DNA of 64,000 bases from Phaeosaccion multiseriatum. Taxonomy: Eukaryota > Protista > Ochrophyta, other classes. The stretch is taken from NCBI GenBank assembly GCA_965112735.1, contig OZ218964.1, forward strand, positions 2,108,001-2,172,000, in the 5' to 3' direction. Positions 12,712-26,572 of the stretch are shown one piece after another. Each line of letters begins with the position of its first letter. Position 1 is the stretch's first letter. The notes beneath the pieces were generated by a model. That model worked only from the letters and a program-made list of their open reading frames with translations, had not been told where the DNA came from and made no database searches. The position numbers and the translations under genes are program-made.

Positions 12712-12894
12712 GGCTGAGTTCAAGGCAACAAGGAACAGGATTGTGAAAGGGGAAGGGAAAAAGGGCTGGTGGGGAAAAAATTGTGAAATGAGGACGAAGC
12801 CAGCCTGTGAACGTGGACTCACAACACGCGTATCTTTCTTCCAATAAAAATCTTCCAATTTCCTCTTTTACTCCCCGCTCTCTGCGTCCACAAA

Positions 12895-15800
12895 ATGCAG
12901 GCGCGACTTTCTTCGCTGGTGCTAGTGGCCAGCCTCGCATCCCTGGGAGATAGCCTTGTCTTGAACAGCTGCGTCGCAGTGGGCAGCTCGCGGAAGACGA
13001 GCACCAGCAAAGACGGCGGCAGGAGGTGTGCACAAAGGTCTCGCTTGGCCTTGGCGTCGCTCCCAAAGGTCAGCACACCAATTCTGAGCTGCCTGCGCCA
13101 CTTGCATTAACTATTCCCCCCCTCTCTCTCCGTTGTCCCTGGAGCAGCCCTTCCCCTTTGAGGGTGTGGCGAGCATGTTGGGGGGCATCAAAGCAGGCCT
13201 GCAGGGTGAGATGCCGGATGGATTTGAAGACAAGGCGCCTTCATGGGAGGTGAGGGCCGGCCAGCGGGAGATACACGGAGGTCCCCACTTTCAGCTATGC
13301 CTGCTCCTCTTTACGATCCTGCCATCAACACCATTCTTCGTATCTGCATTGGCCCTGACTGTGCCCCTTTTTACACAGGACCTTGAGGAGCTGCTTACCT
13401 CCAAACAAACGAAGGAGGAGAAGGACAGAGAGGCTCTCCGCGAGACGGGCAAGGGCCCCACAGACTCCCTTGCGCTGCTCAGGCTCTTCGACGCACCCCC
13501 GGGCACAGGTAAGTGCCAACGCCAAGGACGATGCAGACCTCCAAAGTATCGCTCTGATGGACGGCACTTGACACCATGTTTTGTCTCTCTCTCTCTGTGC
13601 CCCTTTCTGTCTCTCCCCACCTTCGACCCCAGTTCCCCGGGTGAAGCTGTACCGAGACCAAGCTGCGTGGTGCCCGTATTGTGAGAAGGTGTGGCTGCAA
13701 CTCGAAGGTATGTCAGAGTGGGGGCGGGGGTGGGGAGAAAAAATCCAAACAACGTGGACTGAGCGCCATGTGCTCCCTCCTCCTCTTCAGAGAAGCGCAT
13801 CCCTTACTCCATCGAGAAGATCAACATGCGGTGCTACGGGGAGAAGCCCGCGGCGTTCATGTCTCTGACGGGCGGCGGCGGCATGCTGCCCGTGATGGAA
13901 CTGGACGGGAAGGTCATCACCGAGTCAAACCAGATCATACAGGTAAGGCCCGGGCGGAGAGGGAGAGGAGAGGCCAGAGCAAGGGTCATGCTCGACTTGG
14001 GGGAAAGGGGGAGGCAGACACATGCTTGTCTGTAATGTGCGATGCTGAAACAGTAACAGTGTGTAAAGAGAGCATGACATGACGCGTACGCACTCTGCCC
14101 TCCTCCCTCCGATGGCCTTTATCTGTGCGCCACACTCCCCACCCCTTTTGACATGGACGCACAGGCGCTGGAGGACGCCTTCCCTGACAACAAGCCGCTC
14201 ATGGCCCAGGGCACAGCCAACGCGGACAAGGTGCCTCCCCTGCTGCAGCTGGAGAGGCAGCTCTTCAGTGCGTGGTTCAGGTGCGGCGAAGGAGTGCCAT
14301 GGTGGACGGGGCGGCGTGGGCTGTGGGCCTGGGGGCTGGGGCTGGAGGATGGGGGTGCAAGGCGCTGGGAGACAAGGACTCACTCCGGCCGCTGTTGGGT
14401 ATTCAGAGTGGGTTGACTCCTCTCCAAACCAGCCCCTTCCCTTGTGTGGAGCCCTTTCTCACGAGACACAGTGCCCCTTGCCCCGTCCTATCCTGCCCAT
14501 ACACCTCTACCCCTTACCCTGCCTTGCCCATGTACCTCTTCCCTCTCCCCTGCCTGCAGATACCTCACCTCCGCCAACATGCAGCCGTCGCAGGTCAGTC
14601 AGTGCCCTCGGACGCCGCTCACGCAGCCCCCTGGGAGTCAAACCCCCCACGCACCTGTCTACGCACGGGGCCGACTGACACGCACTGTACTCGAGTCCAT
14701 CCTCCTCCAACCCTGCCAGCTTGGCTGCTGCCGTGCACCTTCCTCACCCAGTCTTGCCGCCTCTCTTGCTCTGCCCCCTGCCCCTTTTCTTAGGAGATGA
14801 ACTTCTGCTCAGTGATGGACGAGGTGGAGGAAAAGCTCGGCGAATGTGGGGGGCCCTTCTTCCTCGGGAAGGAGGTGAGCATCGTGGAGGTGATGTTCAC
14901 ACCCTTCCTGGAGAGGATGGCGGCGTCGCTCCCGTACTTCAAAGGTACGTCTCCGTCTCCGTCTCCATCCCCCACAGAAGGAGGGGGTGAGGAACGAGAG
15001 AGGGAGAGGGAGAGACGGAAAGAGTGGGCGGAGAGGGTGAGGGGCAGAGAGAGAGAAGGTGGAGAGGGACAGAGAGAGAGTGTGAGGGGCAGAGAGAGAG
15101 AGAGAGAGACTGACATGCCCCCATTGGCCCGAGTGTCTGGTTGCGTTGTCAACCGAGCAACACAAACAGCTTCAGCTCTCCCCCTCCTTTCGTTGCCCCC
15201 CCCCCCCTCCTCCACAGGCCTGCTCATCCGCGGCAACCCCCGCTGGCCTGCGCTGAACAAGTGGTACGACGCGATGGACACGCTGCCCTCGTACGTGCAG
15301 ATGAAGGGCGATTACTACACGCACTGCCACGACTTGCCGCCCCAGGTGCGTTGGGGGCAGCCGAGAGAGAAAGCAAGGAGCTTGAGACAGATGGCACTGG
15401 ACGAGGCGTTGTGTCCTGTTTGACTGCTCTCTCTCTCTCTCTCTCTCTCTCCCTCTGCGTGTCTGTGTGATGCAAAGGCTGGTTAGGAAGAGGTTTCAGC
15501 CTTAAAGAACCCTCGTGCACTGCTACCAGCATGCCTTCTCACGCCCGTCAACCGAAGCACACTCACACGGACACTTTACCCCCCGAATCCCCCCGTGTTG
15601 CTGTGCGTGCGGCCAACCACCCACCAACAGGTTGGCGGCTGCTTCCAGACGGGAGACGGCGTCAAGTACAGCGACGAGATCGACGGCAAGAACGGCTTCT
15701 GGTCGGTGCCCGTCAAGGAGGGCATCGAGCCCTGGGCCCAGGACCGACCGGCGGAGCAGGCTGCAAGAGAAGCGGCCGCGAGACTTGTGGGTGCGTGCGT

Positions 15801-16751
15801 GCGTGAGCCCCCCCCCTCCCTCCCCCCCCCTCCATCCCTCCCTCGCCCACCCCGCTCACCCCCCTCCCCCTCCTTGTCCCCCTCGTAGCCAACCACAAGA
15901 ACGTGGCGGCCTTCGCCTGCCGAGGGGTGGGCACTCCTGGCGTGCCTCCCGTGGCCGCTCCTCTATCAGACCCCAACTCCAACCCCAACACCAAGTTCGT
16001 CCCAGGTACACACGCACCGCAGCCCCTGTGCATATCCTCCTCTCCCTCCTGTACCTCCTGTACCTCCTGTACCTCCTGTACCTCCTGTACCTCCTCTCCC
16101 TCCTGTACCTCCTGTACCTCCTGTTCTTCTCCCCGCCGTTGCCTCTCTGCCCCTGCCTGTCCCTGCCTCCCACTCTGCTTCTAGATCTAGCTCTGGCACT
16201 GCTTCTACTTCCTCCCCCCCCCCCCCCCTCCCCTCCCCCCCTCACCGCCTCCTTGCCCTCTGTGCTACACCCCCCCTCTGGTCCCTGCCCCTGTCAGGTG
16301 TAGACGCTGCCCTGCGCCACGTAGTGCACGCGCTGCTTGAAGGCACAGAAGCGGCGCAGGAGGCGGGATTGTCAGAGGGCATGCCCACAGAGCAGGTTAG
16401 AGGCGTATGGGGGGAGAGGGGGGAAGGGGGGTATTGGTTAGAGACACACAGGGCAGGCTTGTGGCGTGTCGAGGCCCTCGCACTGCTACAGCCGCCGCTG
16501 GACACTCTCCTAATGGAACCCTCTCCTCGCCGCCCTGCCTCTCCCCTCCCCTCCTCCCCACCCCACTCCATACTCCTCTCCCCATCCACTGCCATCCCCA
16601 TCCCTCCCTCCCTCCCTCCCTCCCCCCCCTGGAGCAGGTCCGCCTGAGCCTGACGTATCTGCAGGAGCGTGTTGGCGTGCCGCGAGACATGCGCTTCGAG
16701 GCTGCTCAGCAGCTCAGGGGTCATCTTGGCTGGTACATGGAGAAGCTCTAG
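12895..16751 (+). CDS. Plastid-targeted glutathione S-transferase-like protein (CPYC active site), multi-exon
   Basis: Signal peptide MQARLSSLVLVASLASLGDS-L. Motifs: VKLYRDQAAWCPYCEKVWLQLE|EKRIPYSIEKINMRCYGEKP, LPVMELDGKVITES, GPFFLG, PFLERMAASLPYFKG, GDYYTHCHDLPPQ, RVGVPRDM. Confidence 0.9.
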
Positions 16752-17224
16752 GCATATACGACAGCTGTAGGTAGGCATATGGGGCTGAGCGGTCAGCTCA
16801 AAACGTATGTAGTACAAAGTAAGCCCGCCTTGGTTAGCTGAAGGGCTTGCAGGGGGGAGGTGTTGGCTGGGGGCAAGCTGGACAGCGTTGAGGCCCTCGC
16901 TCTCGCTTCCTTGCATGTATAGAATTATTTACATGAATTTTATCAGGATTGCATCACATTGAACCACTGCTCAAGCTGCGCCGTTGGTAATACGACGAAA
17001 GCGAATACTATGTCCACCTGGCAGAGGGGCAGAGGCGAGGACGGTCTTGTAAGCAGAGGGGCAGAGGCGAGGACGGTATTGTAACGTCCCCCCTCTTGCC
17101 CACGGCACTGTGGCGTGCGGTGTGGGGAGGGTACCTTATTGACTTAATAAGATTCACCTAAGAACCTCAAAGTTGTGTGGGGAGGGAAGGACAGGGAGGG
17201 ACTCGGAGGCGCAAACATCGGACG

Positions 17225-17520
17225 GGCAGACCAGGCCACAGCCCAGGCCACAGCCCAGGCCACAGCCCAGGCCACAGCCCAGCCCAGGCCAGGCCACAGC
17301 CCAGGGCAAGCAGACCAGGCCACAGCCCAGGGCAAGCAGACCAGGCCACAGCCCAGGGCAAGCAGACCAGGCCACAGCCCAGGGCAAGCAGACCAGGCCA
17401 CAGCCCAGAGCAAGCAGACCAGGCCACAGCCCAGGGCAGGCAGACCAGGCCACAGCCCAGAGCAAGCAGACCAGGCCACAGCCCAGAGCAAGCACACCAG
17501 GCCACAGCCCAGGGCAGGCT
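17225..17520. repeat. Compound minisatellite: 12-bp unit CCAGGCCACAGC followed by a 26-bp unit CAAGCAGACCAGGCCACAGCCCAGGG (~8-9 copies)
   Basis: Periods read directly: starts at 17231/17243/17255 and at 17307/17333/17359. Confidence 0.9.
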
Positions 17521-18309
17521 AGGCTCCAATCATCGTCAGGACGTATTTCTCCGGTCCCTGCCCTGGGAGCCGCTCAGTCGGCAGTGAGCGGCGTGCGGAG
17601 GCAGATAGACAGAGAGAAGTCAACCATAGCGTACACGTACACGTACACGTACATGCACTCCTCGTTCAAGAGAGGGAGGCAAGACGAGCGCCGCCCATCC
17701 ACTGCCATCCCATCACCCACCAGAGAGGGCTGCAGCTCCTCGTCGCGTCGACGCCCCTGCTGGTTTGCTGCCTTCCGAGTGCCCTCCGTACATGTACTGG
17801 CCCAGCCACAAGCGCTAGCCCTGTTGATCGGCCTAGGGCTGTCTGTCTGTCTCGCTCTACTTCCTTTCTTCATTGGGACTGACCGAGCGACGCCACTCAG
17901 TCCTGCCAAACCAACTGCTAAGCCCAAGAGGAGAGTGCTGTCGTTCCTCTCTTCCTCTCTCCTCTTGTTCACAAGTGGTCTGTACGAGGCCGAGCGGCGT
18001 ACGAGGAGCCGCCCCCCAACACACGCACGCACACACGCACGCACGCGCCCATCGGAAGGGCACCTTCGCTCGACAGATATGCCTTAGCGAGCCGTGTCAC
18101 GCTGGTGTCGTTCTGGTGTCGTGCTCGTGTTGTGCTGTTCGCTGTTTGTTTGCTGTTGCCCCTCTGGAGCATCGCAAACCAATCGAGTCGTGGGGAACGT
18201 TCCATTGAGTGTCGCTCTCATGCACTACGCGTAAAGGCCCACCACCAAAGCCACAGCAGTTAGTCATACAGCTACAGCCCTGCCGCCGCCCTTGCATTGG
18301 ACATCTTCA

Positions 18310-20903
18310 CCGATCCCCTCCTTGCGGCTCTCCCCCGCCTCCTTCCTCCTCGCTGCCCTCCCCCTCCTCCTCGTCCCCTCCGAGTGCATCGATGGAGCGG
18401 AGCTGCGCTTCAGTGAGAGAGGAGTCGTGCGTGTCGTTGGGGGAGAAGAACTCGGGCCGGCTTGCTAGGGAGTGCAGCACGCCTAATTCAGGAGAGACAG
18501 TGGCGTATGGGCCAGCAGAGAGAGAGAGAGAGAAGGAGGGAGAGGAAGGGGAGAGGGAGGCTCCTGCTGGTGAGTGAGAGGAGAGAAAACTCTCCTCGAT
18601 TTCTCCTTGGCAGAGAGGTGAAAGATAGCGGGGCGCAAAGGAAGAGCACTTCTTTCTTAAGGAGAAGCGAAGCACACTCTGCTGACGCACCCAGGCCGCG
18701 CTGTGGACAGCCCTTCCCCTCCCCCCTCCCCCCTCCCCCGCCTCGCACCCACCGAAGAGCTTGTCAACGAGAGGGGTCACAGTCGCAGTCCAAGCTGAGC
18801 TGCCACCGCTTTTGCGCCCGCCCTTGCCCCTCCCCGCCAGGGGCTCCTTCGCCTGCTGCTGTTTCACCAACTGCCGCTCCTGTGCCTCCCAGCTGAGCAG
18901 CGTGGCCAGCAGGCCGGGCCCCACGAGCGGCACGACTCCGCGGTACATGGCCCAGCGGGCCAGCAGCGCACCCACCGCCTGCGGTAGTGAGGCGTGCGAG
19001 GAGCGTGTCAAACCAAAGTCAGTAAAGCAAAGAGTATCAACCAACCTAATGTCAAACAAAGAGAGAATGGCAGGCCAAAGCGTGTCGTCAAAATGTCTTC
19101 CACCCCTCCGAAGGCCTCAAACTCCTCCAGCCAGTCCTCTCTTACCATTCCCCTGTCAGCGCTGAGCCCTTCCAAGGCCTGCTTCGCCGCGCCCTCTCGC
19201 TGGACCCCTGGCTGCGACTCTCCTCCCTCTTCCTCTCCCTCAGGCCGCTGCTCCCCTCCCCCCCCTGTTAGAGCCTCTCCCTTTCCCTCCCCTCCCTCTG
19301 CGCTCTCCTCCACAGCAGGAGCCGCATCGGGCTCGAGTGTCAGGACACCGACAACGTTGAGGTGCCGCACGTGACAGTAATTGACCAGAGAGCGCTGCTG
19401 CTGCAAGGGTCCATACTTGACCACATTGGCCACGGGCTTGCAAAAGGCTTGGCCTTCTGCTTCAGAACCGCCCCCCCCGCCTCTCTCTCTAAACTGCGTG
19501 AACACGGCGTCGATGTGCCACTGCAGACAGCCGTCCAGCCCTGGCAGAGGCAGACAAGGGTATTTGGGTAGGGGGGTGAGACAGACAGACAGACAGACGG
19601 AGCCGTGCACAGAGCGAGCAGAGAGGGCTGTCGCCACGACAGACGGTAGAGCGGTACAGGCAGACCTCAGTTCCCTCAAAGCCAACACCCCCTTGCCCTC
19701 CCCTCCCCGAGACGCTCAGCATCCGCCTCTCTGCCCGGCTGAGTACTCGTCTCAGTGCTCCGGCGAAGAACCAACTCAGCAGGCTCTGGCACGAGCTGGA
19801 GAAGAGCAGCATCCACTCACCCAGATGCTTGATCACACCTCCCCGGACGAGTGACGCTAGCGACGCCCACGTGTCCATGAATCTGAAGGGGAGGAGAAGT
19901 AGAGAGAGAGGGGGAGAGAACGATAGGGTCAGGGGGGGCACTCACTTCAGTCGATCCAAGTGACTCGGAAGGGGCGCTTGGCTTGTGGGGAATGCAGTTA
20001 AGGAGGAGGGTGGTGGGGATTGCTGAGGGAAAACCATCGGATACGGTGCTCGTGGGACTAGTATGTACTCTCATGTACCTCCTTTCGTCCCTGAGCTGCT
20101 GCTCCCTGCTCGAGGCATGACGGGGTCCTTTGCTCGACACGGGCCAGCCTACCACAACGAGATCGATGTGCGCCACGCCCGTCACTGAGGTAAGGAAGAG
20201 GGGAGAGAAAAAGCAGATGAGGAGGAGGGAGAAACGGAGAGGGGGAGAGAGAGAGGAAGGGACGGAGAGACTGCGATTGGGCAGGGTCCATACGGTGCTC
20301 GGGCAAGGGCTGCTGCAGAAAGAGCAGGGGACATGGGACACCCAGTGTTTGTCGCAATTCGGCGCTTCTCACCTTTGATAAAACTCTGCACGAACTCAGC
20401 AGCTGTCTGCGGGGACTGATGAGGGTCGAGCTCTGGAGGGAAGCGCAATCCGATCGTCAACACCTGCCGACACACACACACAGAGGGAGAGAGAGTCCAC
20501 CGTGTAAGGGCACCTCTGTGTGCATAGCCCTCAGGCAGAGAGCGGCATAGAGGCCTGCTTCATGGGGAAGGCAACGTACCTTCCTGCTGTGCGCCTCGTC
20601 CTTCAGCAAGGCCTTGACCTCCTTTGAGATGCCCTCCTCCACCCCTGCGTTGCGGCACAGCACCAAAGTAGCGGGAGGTCAGCCTCAGCTACAACCCCCC
20701 GATTTCTATCCTCCGCAATCGGCCTTCGCCTTCCTGACTGACCTACCTGCATCAAAGAAGAGATGTCTGCACCTGCGCTGTCCCGTGAGTACCTGCAAAA
20801 ACTGTGCAAGTCGGGCGGCTCCGCTCTCCGACGGTAACAAGGCCCCGACGCGGCTCTGGTCCGAGAACAAGCTCAGCTCGGAGGTGAAGTCATAGGACCA
20901 CAT
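18310..20903 (-). CDS. Divergent aldo-keto reductase (AKR) fold protein, multi-exon; the 3' end probably extends further left (to ~17600)
   Basis: Degenerate AKR landmarks in the expected order: RHLFFDAG, HIDLVVVGWP, DTWASLASLVRGGVIKHLG, LVNYCHVRHLNVV, QSVLRFSLRK, LTEAQLRSIDAL. The start Met is inferred. Confidence 0.6.
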
Positions 20904-21199
20904 GGCCTGCAGCAAGCCAGGCAGCTTCCAAATGGGGAGCAGAAAAGTCAATCCGATCGAGTCAACCGCCAGCGCGAATAAAAGTAATGGACGGCAGTGG
21001 ATGGCTTATGGCTCGCCTCTCTCCGCTCGAGCAGAGGGTCCCTCTTTCTCGCTCTCTCTCTCTCTCTCTCTCACACTCCTACTACTACTCCGCAAATCAG
21101 ATACTAGGAAAGATACTTTTCCTTCATCATGGTGTAGTTCCTGAGCTGGCAAGCTGCTGCTAAGGGGAGGTAGGACAAAAGGCCTGAAGCTCAGATCTC

Positions 21200-23683
21200 A
21201 TGCCCGATCTCTCCTCCTCGATGGCAGAAGGGGAGGAGGAGAGGGATGGAATCGCTGCTGCGGCGGCGGCAGGAGTGCTCTCCTCGACGGCACCGGGACG
21301 TCCAGCTGACGGAGGGGACGATGGTGACGATGATAGCGACATTGATAGTGAGGATGAGACGGAGGGGGCGGAGCCAGGAGGAGCGCCCTCCTCGAAGCAA
21401 GCGGCGGCACCGGGACAACCTTCGGCGGAGGGAGGAGCGGATGATGGTGATGATATTGACGATGATGGAGCCCGGGGGGATGAAGCTGAAAATAAGAAGG
21501 GAAAGCGGCACTGTCACAAGGAGGGCTGTCGGAAGCGACCTTGCTTCGGGTGGCCGAAGAAAAACAAGGACGAGCGTCAGGAGTACTACTGCAGGACCCA
21601 CAAGAAGGAGGGCATGGTGGACGTGTCCTCGCAGATGTGTAAGCAGAGCGACTGCGAGTGCAGGGCCTCCTACGCCTTCGAGGGCCAGACGGCGCAGTAC
21701 TGCGTGAGACACAAGACCTCTGACATGGTGGACGTGGTTCACCCCAGGTGAGAAGAGCCGAGAGTTCAGGGGACTCTACCGAAGCGACTCTGTTGCTTTC
21801 TCTCTCTTTCTCTCTCCGACCCTTCTCCTTTTTCGTCTTGTCCCTCTCGCAGTCTTTCGCGAGGTGATGTTGCCTCCCCCCTCTGGCTCTGACTACCTCT
21901 ACCTCTCTCTCTGGCTCTGACTGGCTCTGATTGGCTCTGACTCGCTCTGCCCTGCGCCCCGCCCCACCCCCTGCTGTTGTGTACCCAAGGTGCTTAGCCG
22001 AGGGCTGTGAGAGGACGCCCATGTTCGGGTGGGACGGCGAGCCAGAGGTCTGCGCTGACCACAGAGAGGAGGGCATGGTACGTACGGTGTGCAGAGTCGC
22101 TTGACCCAGTGCTGCAAGAGCAAGAGCTCAAAATGTGCCCTGTATCCCTGCTCCAAGTCGCAAGGGAAAGACAAGACACGAGGCCTCCCTAACCTACCCA
22201 GCCCCTCTCTGTGATGCTGCTGCTCTGACGGCTTGGCGAGCGCAGGAGACGCTGGTGACCGGGCTATGCGAGAAGGAAGGGTGCTTCAAGCTCGCCTCTC
22301 ACAACGTGGACGGAGGGGAGGTGCGCAGTGAAGAGTGCAGTGAAAGGGGGTGAAAGGAAGGATGAGGGGCCAAGGGTGGAGGGGGGGCCCTCGTTCCTGT
22401 GATGATCCCCGCTCTTGGTTCTCCTCCATCGTCGCCAGACATGTAGTGCCTCTCTCCGATCACAGATGCACACATATTCCGATGCCCCTGACGCATCAAA
22501 GGCTCTCGCACTCTTTTGGAGCTCCCCCTCCCCAGAGGCTCCGCTTAACCCCCCCCTTCTCCTCTCCTGCTGCTGCTGCTGCTGCTACTACTGCTGCTGC
22601 TACTGCTGCTGCTTTTGCTGTATCACCAACTTGTGCACAGGGTCGCTTCTGCGCTGGCCACCGCCTTCCAGGCATGGTGGATGTGCGCAACCGGCGGTGC
22701 GAGGCCCTGGGGGGGCGGTGCGTGAAGCAACCCCTCTTCGGCCTGCGGGAGGATAAGAGGCCACGCTTCTGCGGAATGCATCGCACAAAGGTATCGCACA
22801 GCGGTGGGGAGAGAGGCAGAGAGCGACGGGGAGGGGGGCGGAGAGGGACAGGGAGAGAGGTTTCGTCCCCCCACTGGCCTGTGACTCCTTGGCTCCAATC
22901 TGTGGCCACTCATGACCCACTCACTCCTGACCTCTCCCCTTCCTCTTCCCTCGGCACCCCCTCCCCTCCCCTCCCCTCTCCTCCCCTCCCGTCCCCTTTC
23001 CTCCTCTCCCCTCCTCTCCCCTCCTCTCCCTCCCATCTCCTCTCCTCTCCTCTCCTCTCAGGAGATGGTGAACCTCAAGGCCCCCCGGTGCACGTTCCCG
23101 GGCTGTCCCAAGCAGCCTTCCTTCGGTTCCCCAGGGGCGGGCAAAGGCCGGGAGGCGGGGGGGCTGCGGTGCAAGCAGCACAAGAGAGGTGAGGAGGCAA
23201 GGGACGACTTGCCATCTACTACCATCCATCCACCTGCTACCGCCCAGTCCATCTTCTACCGTCCATCCATGTGCTTCTATCCACCCCATGACCAATGGCA
23301 AAGCTCATCCCCGGGACCCTCGCCCCTCACCCCCCCTTCCCCCTCCTCCCGTCCCTCCCCCTCACACCTCCCCCCGCCCCGGTGCCTGGCCAGAGGGCGA
23401 AGTGGGCGTCCGCGGGCGCCGGTGCAAGTCCCCATCATGCCCTAAGCGGCCCTCTTTCGGCCTGCCCAACTGTATGGCCGAGTACTGCGGGGCGCACAAG
23501 CTGCAGGGCATGGTCAATGTCAAGTCAAAGAAGTGTCTGGAGCCGGGTTGTCAAAAGCAGCCCTGCTTTGGCTTCAGCTCCAGAGAGAGTCTAAGCCCAC
23601 CAAGCCCGGGGGCAAGTCCCCTCGGGGTCGGGACGAGTGGAACGGGGACACCAGCAGCAGGAGGAGGAGAAGCAGTAGCAGGG

Positions 23684-23732
<49 letters not shown>

Positions 23733-24629
23733 TAGTAGTAACAGGAGAAGGAGAAGGAGCAGTAGCAGCAGGGGGGGCAGCAGGAGGGGGGGCAGCAGCA
23801 GGGGGAGGAGGAGGAGCGCCCCCCTCGCCGGAGTACGCGGTGGGCAAGCGGGTGTTCTGCGCCACACACAAGAGAGAGGGCATGGTGGACCTTCGCGTCG
23901 TGGCGTCGAATGGAGCCAAACGAGCCAAAGGAACCAAAGGAACCAAAGGAGCCAAAGGAGCCAAAGGAGTCAAACGAGGGAAGGGAGGCAAAGGACCCGA
24001 AGGGAGGAAGGAAGGACAAGACGGGAAAGATGGGGAGGAGGGGGAGGAGGGAGGAGACTCGGACGCAGCGATGTCGGATCCCAGGAAGCGGCCGAGAGGT
24101 GAGAGCGTCCCCCCGAGAGGGTGGGAGGGGGGTAGGGTGCATGTGGCGTGTGTGCGTGCGTGCGTGTCCGCCGCGCTTGACTGTTGTGGAGGGGTGGGGC
24201 TTGCCGAGTACCTACATCTTAGAGCTTTGCTTACCTGAGAAGGGGCCCTTCAGAGGCCGCGGAGGTGTAGTACTGTATGGAATCGCGCTAATAGACTTTA
24301 TGCGACCCTCTGCCTGCGTGTCTGCCTCCCTCCCTCCGTGCTGTATGCTGTGTGACTTGTGCGCTGTGCCAGCCGCAGCAGAAGGAACAGAAGGGGCAGG
24401 GGGGCTTCGCAAGGCACCCCGACGAGCGCCCACGTGCACAACAGCCGACCAGTCGACAGCCACCGAAGAAGCGACAGGAGGGGCAGCAGCGACAGGAGGG
24501 GCAGCAACAACAGCTACCAAAGAAGCTCCAGCAGTGGGGATACCAACCTCAGCTACTAAAGCTACAGCTACAGCAGCGATAGGAGAGGCAGCGTCGACCG
24601 CTACAGCACTACGAGTAGTGTCAAGATAG
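21200..24629 (+). CDS. EsV-1-7 cysteine-rich repeat protein (8 repeats), multi-exon
   Basis: Repeats of CxxxGCxKxPxFG...CxxHKxxGMVxV, e.g. CHKEGCRKRPCFG..YCRTHKKEGMVDV and CKSPSCPKRPSFG..YCGAHKLQGMVNV. Acidic N-terminus and low-complexity C-terminus. Confidence 0.9.
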
Positions 24630-24804
24630 TCGATATCGATATATAAAATTGATGTCAAAAGAACAAAGGAACTGAAACGTAAATTTCCTCCCCTTCTGCG
24701 CCGTCCAAGTGGCAAAAAAAATAAAGAAGACTCTCCCTAAGAGGAGATCCCTATAAACACTTTGAAAGCAGTAGAGGAGAGGTATCGGAAAAGGAGGAGA
24801 AGCT

Positions 24805-26479
24805 ATGGTTGTCTTTCGCTTGATCGAAGTGGCCGCGGCATGTGCAATGGTGTCTGCCGCCACGGCCTCCATCACCCACAGCTCTCACACACACAGCTCC
24901 AGGAGCTTTGGTAGAGGGCTGAACAGGCCACAGCAGTACGAGCAGTGCTGGGAGGCTGGGCCAGTGGCCGACGCGGGTTTTGTTGGAAACCATTGGGCAA
25001 GTAGGAGCAAGGTGGTAGCCTCGCTGAGGGGAGGGGAGAGCACCGCGGAGGAGGAGAAGGCGAGCGCGGAGAAGAGTGACTCTGCAGAGGAGCCTATGGA
25101 AGGCCTGCTAGGGCTCGACGAGCTGGAGAAGACGTCCTTCCGAGAGCTGCTGGGAGATAAGCTGCTGAAGGTGGATGACGCCAAGACGGGCTCCACCAAG
25201 GAGGTGAGTCTGAGACCCAGAACCAGAGGGAATAAGCAAAAGAGGGAAATTGAGGGAGAAATCATGGGCAAGTCACTAGCGACCCATGGAGAAGCTGGGA
25301 GAGGGGAGGCGGGCTGGGTTCGCGGGCTAGCTAATGGGTGCTCCTCCCCTCCTCGCTTGTCGGGCCTGTGAGCGGCACGTGGCTGCCTCCGGGAGGCGGA
25401 GGCCGTACCGTGTGGGGGAGGGCCAGAGGGAAGTGCCACGTGGCTGGACAGGGCGCTGGAACTGTGGTCCGTCGTGCTATGCACCCAAACATAACCCACA
25501 GGCCCACAACCTCTCTTTGTCATGCCGCTGGAGGGCGCTTACTCTGTCTTTTGCATGGACCCCGCTGTGGCCATGAGCACACTGCCCCATACCTGGTACC
25601 TTACTGTGTCCTTTGTCCGCTATCTCTCGCCTGAAGCCCTCCCTCACCCTCTCCGCGCTTTGCTCAGGTGTCTACCGCCAAGGCCCTCAAGGGTAAGGTG
25701 ACGTGCCTGTACTTCGGCTCCAAGGCCGTGGAGGACAAGATCAAGGAGGTGGGGGCGGGGCAGCAGGGAGGCATCATCACCCCCACCCCCGTCCTCAGCA
25801 AGGTGTACAAGGAGTGCAAGGAGGCGGGCAGGTGAGAGCCAGGCCCGCGGGGCCGAGGACTCCGGGGGGTGTGCTCAGCGAGTCGGAGGAGAGAGAGAGA
25901 GAGAGAGAGGGAGAGAGGGACAGGGAGAGGGAAAGAGACGGAGCCTCTCCCACGCACGCCTCTCAGTTCCCGTCCATGCTCACTCTGTTTAGCAACCCCC
26001 CTCCTTATGGCGGCCCCTGTCCCCCACACCGCCCGCCTCGCTCGCTGAGTGTATTCGTGTATCGCATAGAGCTAAGGCTTACATTTGCCCCCCCCTAATC
26101 CACCCCCGTCCACTGCCATCCACTACCATCCACTACCATCCACTGCCATCCACTGCCATCCATCCCTGCAGGGACATGGAGATGGTGTACGTGCCTGTGG
26201 CGGACACGGAGGAGGCGTTCAAGGAGCACTTCAAGGAGATGCCGTGGCTCGCCATGGCCCCCAACAACGCCTCCGTTGCCAACCTCATGCGCAAGGGGGC
26301 TGTGCAGGTACACTCGGAGGAGGCGGTCGGGTGGGCAGGGAGGGGTGGGGGGCTTGGGGGGGGATCCTTCCTGAAATGGGATGGCAGTGGATGACGGAGC
26401 GCTCACCCCAACCCTTCGACCCTCGTGAGAGAGGAAGGGCGTACCTCCGGTACAAGCCCCGATAAGCAAGGGCGTGTGC

Positions 26480-26572
<93 letters not shown>

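Noticed and set aside
17144-17587. Repetitive ORFs in all six frames
   Set aside because: Products of the stop-free 12/26-bp minisatellite.
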